A stretch of DNA of 64,000 nucleotides. It comes from Rebecca billardiae RCC1528. Lineage: Eukaryota; Protista; Haptophyta. The notes under the pieces were generated by a model. The model did not search any database. It had not been told where the DNA came from and worked only from the letters and a program-made list of their open reading frames with translations. The DNA is taken from NCBI GenBank assembly GCA_965240325.2, contig OZ251243.1, positions 1,353,317-1,417,316 of the forward strand, written 5' to 3'. Position 1 is the stretch's first letter, and each line of letters starts with the position of its first letter. The position numbers and the translations under genes were made by a program. Below are positions 8,130 to 17,819 of this stretch, piece by piece.

Positions 8130-9250
8130 CGCCGCGGCGACGCGGCACGTGGCGCCGCGCCGCCTCGACGCATCCCCGCGGCGGCGGCGGTGGCCCGGCG
8201 GCGAGCCAGCCGAGCGCTTGCGCCACGAGCCCGGCGCGCGGCACGGGCGCGTGGCGCCGCCCTCGCCTGCGCGGCCGCACCCGAGCACGGCTACGCGCAG
8301 CGCCCGCGCCCGACGAGGACGAGCCCCACCGAGCCTCCGCGCGCCGTGCATCGCCGGCCGGCTCGAACGCGCCCGACTCGGCGGCGCCGCCCTCGCGCGC
8401 GCCCGCGCCGCACGCCGCGCTCGCGGCTGGCTGCCGGGCGCCGCGCCAGCGGAAGCGCCCGCGGGCCGCCGGCGCCTTTGGTGGCGATGTCGTCGGCCTC
8501 GCACGGGCTCGCGCTGGCGAGCGGCGCGCAGGGCGAGAGCGGCATGGGCGCGCCCTCGCCGCCGCTGCCCGGCCGCCTGTCGCGCGGCGGCGCTGTCGTC
8601 GCGGGAGGCGACGACAGACTCTCGCCCCGCCGCCATCGCCCCGCCGCCATGACCCGAGAGACCAAGGAGAATCACAGCGCAGGCAGGCGAGATTGAACAC
8701 AGTTTTGTTGTGATTCTCCTTGGTCGTTTTGTTGTTTTATTGATGTGATTCTCCTTGGTCGCCGGTTCACGATGGTTGCTGATGACCGGCCCGGCCGGGT
8801 GCCCAACTTGGCGGGCGGCTCGCCGCGCAGGCGGGCGCGCTGCGTGGCGCGCACGCACACCGCGCGTCGCGCGTACGCGTGGTGCCCAGCTAAACTGCGA
8901 GATGGCGCGCCCGCTGCTGCGACCGCGTGACGGCGGCCCCGTCGCTCGCCGCGTGCGCGGCGGTTGCCCCCGTGGTCGCGCTCGGCGCCCGACAGTGCGC
9001 GTCGCGCTCCGAGCGCTCGCCGAGCGAAGCGGCGCGGGCCGCGTTGGGGCGGAGCCTCCATGCAGCCTCACACTGCACGCGAGCTGAGCCGATGCGCTCG
9101 CGCCGCGTCCGCTCTCCCTCGGCCCGCGCATGACCCCAGCTGCGGCGGCGGTCGCAGCCGTGCGATGTCGCGGCGCTTGGCGGCGCGCTCATCGCCACGC
9201 GCCTCTATGACGGGCGCGTCCCGCCGCGCGCAAACGCGCCCCACGAGGCC
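8130..9250 (-). pseudogene. Decayed, frameshifted copy of the MTase-like domain of 4833-7451
   Basis: 8302-8404 aligns closely at DNA level with 5117-5222 (REGGAAESGAFEPA / LVLVGRGR vs REGGAGEAGAFEPA / LILVGRGR). HHAYA near 8876 matches HCAYA near 5254. Outer boundaries are approximate. Confidence 0.6.
8660..8760. repeat. Three copies of the 17-bp motif GACCAAGGAGAATCACA (one forward, two inverted)
   Basis: Forward at 8660-8676; reverse complement at 8709-8725 and 8744-8760, within an AT-rich patch. Confidence 0.85.
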
Positions 9251-9515
9251 GCCGCGACCGCACCGCGCTCGCTTCGAGCCGGCGCGCGCTGGGCGCGAGC
9301 GTCTGCGGCGGCCGAGTCGGCTGCTGCTACTGCTAGCTGTTGCGGCCGTTGCCGCTCGCCGCGCCGAGCAGCGCACGACGCCGGCGGATGGCGCGGCCCT
9401 CGTGCAGTGACACGCTTGACGGTCTCGGGGCGCGCCTAGGTTATACTTATTACACATATATTTGTATATACGTACTACTTGTAATAATATATATACTTAT
9501 ATATAATAATTATTA

Positions 9516-11367
9516 CAGTGGGCGGGTCTCACTGGGGGACCTGCAAAACAACGGACCGGAGTTTTGGCGAAGCTTCGGCGGTTGCGCGGCGGACGGCGGC
9601 GGCGGCTTCGAAGCCGCCCCCACGAGGAGGCGCGGGCGCTGTGGCGCGAGGCGAATGCAAGTCCGCCGCGTGAGCCGGCGGGGAAGTGAGCACCACGAGT
9701 TGTGAGGCGAACCTGGGCGATTGCGGACGCGCGCAAGCTCAAGGCGCCGCCGAATCGTGGCGACTGGCTCCACGACCAGAGGCACAAGCCGGGTGCCCGC
9801 GCTGGTGCGCGCTCGCGCGGCGCGCCGACCGTGCGTCCGCGGGGTGCAAAATCGGGCACGGTGGTTCCGCACGAGTTTCAATGAGCAACGCGTTCCAGAA
9901 GTTCCGCTTGAAAACGCCCGCCGGAAGCGCGGTCACCATACCTGACATCTGCTGCGGCGCCCCTCGCGTCGACATCGTGCGGCGCGGCCACCGACTCCGC
10001 GCCCGCGCGCAGAATGGGAGGGGCTGGTGCAGGAGCAGATGCAGGACTCGGACGCCGAGGAGAAGTCGAGCGCCACGTTCCGCACCCACCGCTACGCATA
10101 CGGCGCTCCTGGGCGAAGACTGCCACTGTGCGGGTGGGCTGTCTCTTCGCGAGCTCTCAGCGTGGAGTCAGCGATCAAGCTGAGGTTGCAGCGCGGCAAC
10201 ATCGTGCAGGGTGGGCGGGTACCGACGCCGCGCTTCGCACGCCGTCTGCGACGGCATCAAACGCCGCGACCACCGCGGCGCCCGGCCAGCGTGGCAGCAT
10301 CGGGCCTGCTGACGGCGGGCGTGACGGTCGGGCGCGGGCGCGGTGGCATCCCGGGGCGCGGGGGCGAGTGCAGCAGCGGTGGCGGGCGCGGCTGCTGGCA
10401 GAGCGCATCTCGCGACGAGGAGTCACTCGGCGCGCACGTCACGCCGCGCGCGATATCGATTCGTCGCCCGGCGAGCGCGGCAGCACCGGGCCTGCTGAAT
10501 GCGGGCGTGACAGCCGGGCGGGCGCCGCAGCGGTCGGGCGCTGCGCCTGCCGCGCTGGCGCGGCACTGTAGCCGGGGCGGCGCGGTGGCAGACGCCGCGG
10601 CGGCGGACGCCGCGGCGGCCGGCGCGACGGCGGGTGGAGCGCATCTCGCGACGAGGAGTTACTCGCCGCGCACGTCACGCTGCGCGCATCTTCGAGGGGT
10701 CGCCCGGCGAGTGCGGCAGCACCGGGCCGGCTGATGGCGCAGCGACGGCGGTCGCGGCGGCGGCAGCCGGCGCGGCGGCCGCAGCGGCGGCCGGCTCGGC
10801 AGCGGCGGGCGCTGCGGCGGGCGGTGCGCATCTCGCCACAAGAAGACGTTCGGTGCGAACTTCACGCCGCGCACACCATCGAGCGGGGTCTGCGGTGCTG
10901 CTTCGGCAAGCGCGTCAGCTGCACCTCCGGCCGAGCGACGAGTCGACGCAAACGACAACGCGCGACGCATCGAGCTGTGTTCCGAGCAGTGCCATTCACA
11001 TTGGCGCTAGTGGCAGCGGTGGGCTGTACACGCTGACGACGCAGCGAGGCGTGAGGTGGTGGTCCACGCCACCGTCGTACCGCGTCGCCTCGCGCACCCC
11101 GAGCGCGCGCGACGAGCTGTACGGGCACGGAAGCTGACAGCATCCCCGCGCCCGGCGCCGCGACCGCGACCCCGCGCAGGCCAGGGGCCCTCCCGGAGAG
11201 CTGATTTTCGTCCGCGCGCTTTGCTGAAGTCGCGCTGGTGAGCTCAGACGCCGGCGCATACCCCGCCGGCGCTAGTCTGTCGCACCCCGTTTGTTCCGAG
11301 TCGCTGAGACCGCGCCGATCGTCAGATAGTTTTGAATTTCTGCTCCGCCAGTGGGACCAGCCCACTG
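9516..11367. mobile_element. Non-autonomous TA-flanked TIR element (family B, ~1.85 kb)
   Basis: Left end TA|CAGTGGGCGGGTCTCACTGGGGGA; right end (reverse complement) TA|CAGTGGGCTGGTCCCACTGGCGGA. TA on both sides (9514-15, 11368-69), inserted in a TA-rich island. No transposase ORF recognised. Confidence 0.7.
10215..10880. repeat. Degenerate tandem repeat (~3 units of ~190-235 bp) inside the TIR element
   Basis: Recurrent GCGCATCTCGCGACGAGGAG (~10403, ~10639, ~10827) and CCCGGCGAG..GGCAGCACCGGGCC.GCTGA (~10281, ~10467, ~10703). Confidence 0.75.
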
Positions 11368-12617
11368 TAATTATATATAATAATATATGTATATACTCAT
11401 ATACTGTACGTGACCGACACACTCCCGACTCCGCGTCGTAGACGTAGTCGGTCCGCGGGACGACTCCGCCACTGTCTGACACACCGACCGACACACATCA
11501 TGCTTATTATTATTCAGTTATTGTCAACTCGCCTCCGTGGCGCGCTGCCGCCGAGCCCGGGCGGGAAGATTCGGGAAGATTCGGCGGCGTCGCTCCAGCC
11601 TGGCCGCCGGTCGACTGCTCTCGAGGCAGCCCGCTCCGCGCGTGGCAGGCCGCCTGCGTCCCGACACTCATCAGTTGCACTGCGCGCCGGGCGGTCTGGG
11701 CGCGGGGTCAGCGACGACGGGCAGCGATGATGGGCGCGGCTATTGGCGAGCCTTGGCCGTATGCATCGTGCGTGCGCATCGTCCTGTCCAGCAGCCATCA
11801 CCCGTGCCCGCCGCCGCCATGTCGTCACGGCCAGTGCGCGTAGCCCAACCACGCGGCAACTGCTGGCAAGGGGCGAGCCTCGGCGCAGCACGTGGCGCCG
11901 CGGCCGAGATCGAGGCGTGGCGCCCTGCAGCATGCGCACCCATCTCGACGCGCTGACGTGGCCGATCAGCTCCAGTCACGTACGCAGCTCGTCTAGCGGA
12001 CGTCGCAGCCGCTGCTCAGGCTCGGCCGCTCAGGCTGCGATGCGATCCGCGGACCGGGTGTGCGACCCTCACCGGACTGGTCGGCGCCGGTGACTCACCG
12101 CGCGCACTGGCGAGAGCATTTGCAGCCGGTGCCCATGTACATGCCCCGGCGTGGCCCGCGCGAGAACGCCTCAAAATCCGCCCTGCGCGGGCCATGCGCG
12201 CGCCCTCGACAGCGCGGGGCTGAGGCTGCCCGGACCGAGCGCCGGGCGAAATGCAGCATGCCTGCGCGGCGGAGAGAGGCGAGGGTGCTGGGCGAGAAGG
12301 AGGCGGGGAGGCTCTTCAGCGTCTACTGGCGCCATCCGGCTGGCGCGCGCGGGCGTGACCGCCGTGGGCGCCGCGCATCAACCTGCGCAAGCGAAGCGCG
12401 CGTGGTGCGGCCAGCCACTCGGACGGCCGCATCGCCCGATCGCGCCGTGCGTGCGCGGTGACGACTGGCGAGTCCGGTTGATGGCCAAAAGCTTCCGTCC
12501 GCCGGCTCACTGGTCAAGCAGCCGCGAGCTCAAGGCGCTCGCCACTGCTGCACGCCTTGCGCCGCTCCGAGCTCTCTCCGCCGCGGTTTTAGGCGCCGGC
12601 GCTCACCGCGTGCCGCG

Positions 12618-14192
12618 ATGCCGCTCGAGCTCATCGAACTGACCGATGCCAGCACCCTCGCCATCTCCGGCCAGGGCGTCGCCATCGGCACGGAGGCTGG
12701 CGAAGGGGGGGCCGACGTGCGCGCGAACGCCGAGACGCTCGCCAAGACCACAGGCATCATCATCGTGCCCAGCGGCGGCGATGCAGCCCAAGTACGGCGT
12801 CAGCTGCGCGAGCTGCGTCCGGACGATGGCAACGCCGTGGCCTGCCGCGTCATCCTCTGCAGTGATCTCGCAGACCTGCTGCTCGGGCCCAACGCGAGCG
12901 CGGCCGCGCGCACCCCGGACGCGCTGCGCGCGCGCGCTGCAAAGATCGACGCGTCCTGTGCCATGTCGGCCGTTCTCAAACAAGTGGCGGCGCGTGCGGC
13001 GCGCGCCGACGAGTCGCCACCGGCCTCGAGCACGGACCTGCCCACGCGCGCCCAGCTTGATCCCTGCTCGATCGCGCAGTGCATGCAGCTGCCGCCCGAG
13101 TGCGCGGCTGCTCCCGGCATGCGCATCGCGATTTTGCAGCTGTTCACCAACGCCGACGGCCTGGCCGCCATCGGTCCGGCGGCCGAGCACGCGTTCGGGC
13201 CCCTCGGCCAGCGCCGCGACGGCCTGCCGCTCTACCGCACCCTCAACCCCGGGCTCGGCCGCGAGTCCGCCTGTGCATGCGCTGTCAGTCGGCGCGTCGC
13301 TCTCGCGCGGGGCTGCGTGGACGCCACCCAGGCCGCGCGCATGCGCACGATCACGTACCTCGCGTCGACTGACCAGTGGCGGGACGGCGCTCCCCCGTCC
13401 GATCTCGGCCGCGCGTACTTCGGCGAGCGCTTCGAGGTGTTTGATGCCGATTACAAGCCCGCGGCGCTCTGCGACCTCGCCGCGGGAGGCGGCGGCGGGC
13501 GCGATGGCTTCGCCTGGGTCGTGGCCAGCCTCCACGACGCCTATCTCGCGGCCGTTAGCATGTGCTCGCAGTGCCCGGCCCTCGGCGGCGTGCTCGACGG
13601 TTTTGAGCCGAAACCCTTCCTGCTCGTCATGTGCGCCGCCGTCGTCCGGAGCGTCATCAGCGATCACATCGACGTGGCGGCCGCAGACCTGGCCTCAAAG
13701 GTCGCGCGCGTGCTCGGCGCCGACGAGGAGACGTCGGAGCACGTCCAGTGGTTCGTGAAGCTGCTGCAGCGCGAGGCGTGCGCCGCCTTCTTCGGTCGTG
13801 TGCAGAAGCGCGAGATACTCCCCGCATCGCACGCCCAGCCGTACGTCCTGTCCGAGTCGTCCGTGTTCGGTGCCGACGTGGCGCTGGAGCGCGCGGTGGA
13901 GGCGCTGGTGGGCGGGTGCGACTGCGCCGTGCGCCGCGCCGCCGCCGAGTCCAGTGGCGCGGACGTCGTGCTCGGCGCCAGCACGATCGACTCGCACGTC
14001 GTCGTGCGCGTGCCGGAGGGTCTCGCCGACGGCTTCGTCAAGAACCTGGAGGCCAAGTTGCGCGCTGTGCCGGGCGAGCTCCTCGGGGAAGATGCGTATA
14101 GTCCCCTGCGAGCGGTGTGCGTGCGCGGCGCCTCGGGCGGGAAGCTCTCGGCCGCCATGAACGCGCTGTACACGGAGGTGACGAAGGTTTAG
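12618..14192 (+). CDS. Highly divergent family-A DNA polymerase-like protein (524 aa)
   Basis: TQAARMRT (R241, cf. TGRLSS), GRAYF, FDADYKPAAL (D278, motif A), EPKPFL (K332, motif B position), ERAVEALVGG (cf. ERAAINAPMQG), STIDSHVVVRVPE (D458, motif C) and SPLRAVCVRGASGGKL (cf. POLQ-type C-terminus ...GASWGEL). Spacings R-D 37, D-K 54, D-D 180 compare with E. coli Pol I R668/D705/K758/D882 = 37/53/177. The N-terminus resembles an inactive 3'-5' exonuclease fold. Confidence 0.7.
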   Translation: MPLELIELTDASTLAISGQGVAIGTEAGEGGADVRANAETLAKTTGIIIVPSGGDAAQVRRQLRELRPDDGNAVACRVILCSDLADLLLGPNASAAARTPDALRARAAKIDASCAMSAVLKQVAARAARADESPPASSTDLPTRAQLDPCSIAQCMQLPPECAAAPGMRIAILQLFTNADGLAAIGPAAEHAFGPLGQRRDGLPLYRTLNPGLGRESACACAVSRRVALARGCVDATQAARMRTITYLASTDQWRDGAPPSDLGRAYFGERFEVFDADYKPAALCDLAAGGGGGRDGFAWVVASLHDAYLAAVSMCSQCPALGGVLDGFEPKPFLLVMCAAVVRSVISDHIDVAAADLASKVARVLGADEETSEHVQWFVKLLQREACAAFFGRVQKREILPASHAQPYVLSESSVFGADVALERAVEALVGGCDCAVRRAAAESSGADVVLGASTIDSHVVVRVPEGLADGFVKNLEAKLRAVPGELLGEDAYSPLRAVCVRGASGGKLSAAMNALYTEVTKV

Positions 14193-14288
14193 TTCACGCG
14201 CCGTCTCGTCAGAGTCCCTCGTCCCTGACGGAGCAACCGTCCGCGAGCGTTCACGCCAGGGCCGCGGGGCGCCCATCATATGATGTGA

Positions 14289-14357
14289 TATATATATATA
14301 TATATATATATGAATATATATATATATATGAATATATATGAATATATATGAATATAT
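14289..14357. repeat. (TA)n / (GAATATATAT)n microsatellite downstream of the polymerase-like gene
   Basis: Directly visible TA run with tgaatatata units. Confidence 0.9.
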
Positions 14358-14428
14358 CAGCAGCAGCAGCAGTGAGTCAGTGCAGCAGTGAGGTGCTACG
14401 ACTTGTTAATGTTATTATTCTAATAATA

Positions 14429-14795
14429 CAGTGGGCGGGTCGATCTCCTGACCGCTCGGGGAGCACGGGGCAGGCTCGACCAGCTGCTACCAGCGGCTGA
14501 GACTGCCAGCCGTGACATCCGGACCTGCACCATGTCCATCGCCCTCGCTCGGGGCACACGGCAGGGCCATGCGAGCCGCGCAGCGCAGGTGGATCGCGCT
14601 CCAGCAGCTCAAGGCCGCGCTCAAGCAATCCGATCGCGGTGCAGGCTATGCTCTGCCACCAACGCCGACTTCGTGTCGACGATCGGGCACTGCCGCCGAC
14701 GAATCAGGAGACCCGCGTCGTCCTACCTGTGTCGTTAAATCATAGAATGTGTCCATGGGCCGGGGCCTGCAAACCAACGGACCGGAGTTTTGGCC
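14429..14795 (+). mobile_element. Orphan, interrupted left end of the family B element
   Basis: TA|CAGTGGGCGGGTC at 14429, then ~310 bp of other sequence, then CCTGCAAACCAACGGACCGGAGTTTTGGC (~14766-14794) matching 9540-9568. The insert carries GCCGACGAATCAGG.GACCCGCGTCGTCCTACC, which also occurs at ~7523-7555. Confidence 0.6.
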
Positions 14796-16626
14796 CAACA
14801 CGGGCCGAAAGTTGAATGAGAGGCGTCACGATGGCTGCCGACGCGCGCGCTGGCCGACCGTCCTCAAGAGGCCGTGATCGGCGGCGTAGACCGCGCGGCG
14901 GACCTCGCGAGAGAGCCTAGTCCTGGTCTTCAGCGGCGCTGATCAACGCCTTCCTCCTCCTTCGCCTCGAGAGCAGCTCCACATGACACGCGCCGAGACG
15001 GCCGCAAAGCGACTCCGAAGCGACTCTGCGAGCGCGCCGCCGGCTGCTCTGAGCATGCGGAGATGGTCAGCTCTTTCGGGTGCGCCGCATGCGCGCTAGA
15101 TTGCTGACTTTCATGGTACAGCTCGGCTGCTCGAAACGTGCGCGTCTGCTCTCGCGTGCTGGCACGACTCACGCTCTCCAAACTGACCGCTGCTCATATC
15201 AGGGCATGCTGCCGCAATCTCATCCTCAATCGCATCCCAGCGGCACCCGGGCACAGACGCAGGTGCACATCGACCTGGAGTGGCTGTCGTCGTCGCCACT
15301 ACCTCTCGGCTGGCGCTCAGCACCAAGGTGCCGCGTAAATGAACGCGCGCGCGACGGCTTTCTGACCACGGCCCGTGTTGTGCAGGTCGTGGTCACATGT
15401 GAGCGCGGCGCTGCGGAGACGGGGCGGGGTCTCGCGCGCCAGTGGCGCTGGCAGCGTGTCACGCGGGCCCACCGCCACGCCGCGCCGCAGATCGCATCGC
15501 GCCGCGCCGTGCTGCGCTGCTCGCCCTGCCGTCAGCCAGGTCGGAGTTCGCGGTCGGTCGTCATGACGTCACTGTCAGCGGCTCCCGCCAGCCGTCGTCG
15601 CACCCGGCGGCCCGAGGCAGCGCGTCTACGAAGAGGCGATGCGCAACTACGGCAGCATGCGATCAGCATGGCGTGCCGCGCCCGCGGGCTCCCCAAGCCT
15701 GCCGACTCATCCGCCAGCCAGCCGTCCGCCGACACGCGAGCTGACTGGCCGTCGGGTCCGCAGTGGCCGTGCGTCGCCGCGCGGGCACGCTGCCCGCGTC
15801 CAGTGGAATCCTGTAGCGTGCGCACGGGTGGTTTGGTCCGTGGTCGGCCGGTCGTCAAATTTTATTAGATAGCGCAGCAGGCGAGCAAGTCGCATGGCGA
15901 CAACTGCTACCCCTACACGCGCAAGCTACGACCGGGCTATATAGATAGCAGCGCCATATATAGGCCGCTCTAGCTCACTCCAACTGTGATCATTGGCGCC
16001 AGGCCGCAAGTGTACGTACCAATCAAATCAAGTGCGCAGAGTTGACGGACAGCCGCGCGCGTGCGGCGCACGACCCGATCGCCTGCGCGCTGTCGCGGGG
16101 CGCGGTGGTGCTACCACGCGCGCGCGCCGTGCCACACGCGCGCGCCGTGGTCGCTCGACCATCTCGCAGAGTGGTGCCCTCCCGTTCCGGCTCGCTCTCG
16201 CGAATCGCCGCGCCCCTGCGTGCTGTGGCCCGCGCACGCAGCATGCCCAAACGCGAGTGTGGGCGTCCACCTGCACGCGCGCCCCCGCACCCGCGCGGCC
16301 ACGGTGCGATCGCGTACGCCGCCCCGCGGCAGCGTGCAGGCGCCAGGGTCGCGCGCCGCGCGCGCGCGGTTGTCCGAGCACGCCCCGTGCCGCCTGGACG
16401 CGGGCGGCGCGCCGCGTCGCGCGAGCTGCTCCGAGGCGCGACGGAGGTCGGTGCGCGGCGCAAGGTTGGCCGCATCGCCGTTGCGCAGCGGCCCGAGCGC
16501 CGCGCGTCCTGCGCCGACGCTCGGCGCCGCCCCACCACGCAGCCTGCTGGACGAGTGGCGGGCGATGGCCGCCCGTTCGTCAATCGTCAAAGCAGGCCAA
16601 GGGTGTCCAGGCAAAGAAATAAAGGG

Positions 16627-17701
16627 GGGTGTCCAGGGTGCGCAACTCGCAGTGCGCAGCGCGGCGGAGGCTCACTCATCGCGAGGTCGCCGCTCGCCAG
16701 TGGGACTCGCCCGCCTGCCGCCGTGCACGGCGGCGGAGCCGCTCGCGCCGTGCGCTCCTGCGGCCGTCGGATCGGGCTGCGTAGGCGGCGCGCGGCTTGG
16801 GCCGTCGCTGAGCCACCCAGCGCCCCTCGCTGCGCCGCGCGCCTTCCTCGTCCTCGCCTCCTCCGCGCCTTGAAGCAGCACGCGCGGCGCCGCCACAAAA
16901 GCAGCGCAGGCGCTCGCGTGCAAGCGCGCGCGCGCGGCGCGCGACGGGCTCGACTCGGGGCTCGCGCCGCTGCGGGGGCATGCAGTGCTATCACGTGCGC
17001 GCGCGACGCCCCCTCGAGCCTGCGCATCGCTGTGACCGTCACGCGCCAAATGCTCACACGTCCTCGTGTTGAAGTAGGCCCAATCTGACCAGAACCTGCC
17101 ATGCGTCAGGACGCCTTCTTAGGCAAGACACGATGACAGCTACGTACGCGGCGCTTCTCAGCAAGCGTGGAGACCACAAGAGAAGCGCACGCAAGCATGA
17201 CCGTCTCCGCGTCGATCGCGTCGACGCACTCAAGGCCCGTTGTGGAAGCTTCCGTCGCACGTGCGATGATGCCAAGTCAGACCATTTTGAAACGTGCATC
17301 AGCGTGCACTGACGGTCAAACGCGCAGGCTCGAGGGGGCGTCGCGCGCGCATGTGATAGCACTGCATGACCCCGCAGCGGCGCGAGCCCCGAGTCGAGCC
17401 CGTCGCGCGCCGCGCGCGCGCTTGCACGCGAGCGCCTGCGCTGCTTTTGTGGCGGCGCCGCGCGTGCGCGTGCTGCTTCAAGGCGCGGAGGAGGCGAGGA
17501 CGAGGAAGGCGCGCGGCGCAGCGAGGGGCGCTGGGTGGCTCGGCGACGGCCCAAGCCGCGCGCCGCCTACGCAGCCCGATCCGACGGCCGCAGGAGCGCA
17601 CGGCGCGAGCGGCTCCGCCGCCGTGCACGGCGGCGGACTCGTCCCACTGGCGAGCGGCGACCTCGCGACTGCGCACTGCGAGTTGCGCACCCTGGACACC
17701 C
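16627..17701. mobile_element. Fold-back element: ~390-bp inverted arms around a ~300-bp lower-GC spacer
   Basis: 16627-17025 is the near-perfect reverse complement of 17322-17701 (GGGTGTCCAGGGTGCGCAACTCGCAGTGCGC... / ...GCGCACTGCGAGTTGCGCACCCTGGACACCC), with small indels. No clear target-site duplication. Confidence 0.8.
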
Positions 17702-17819
17702 TTGCTACAGTTTATTTATTGTAGTTTAAGGCTCACGGTGGCAGGTTGCCGCGCCATCCTTCACAGTACCGCGAAACCGCTTCGGCCAAGCTCGTCGCCG
17801 CTCTAGGCGCGTGTGGCGG

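Noticed and set aside
14800-16600. Possible gene fragments in 14.8-16.6 kb (similar ones at 24.9-25.7 kb)
   Set aside because: Short, frameshifted-looking ORFs with no recognisable motif; left unannotated.
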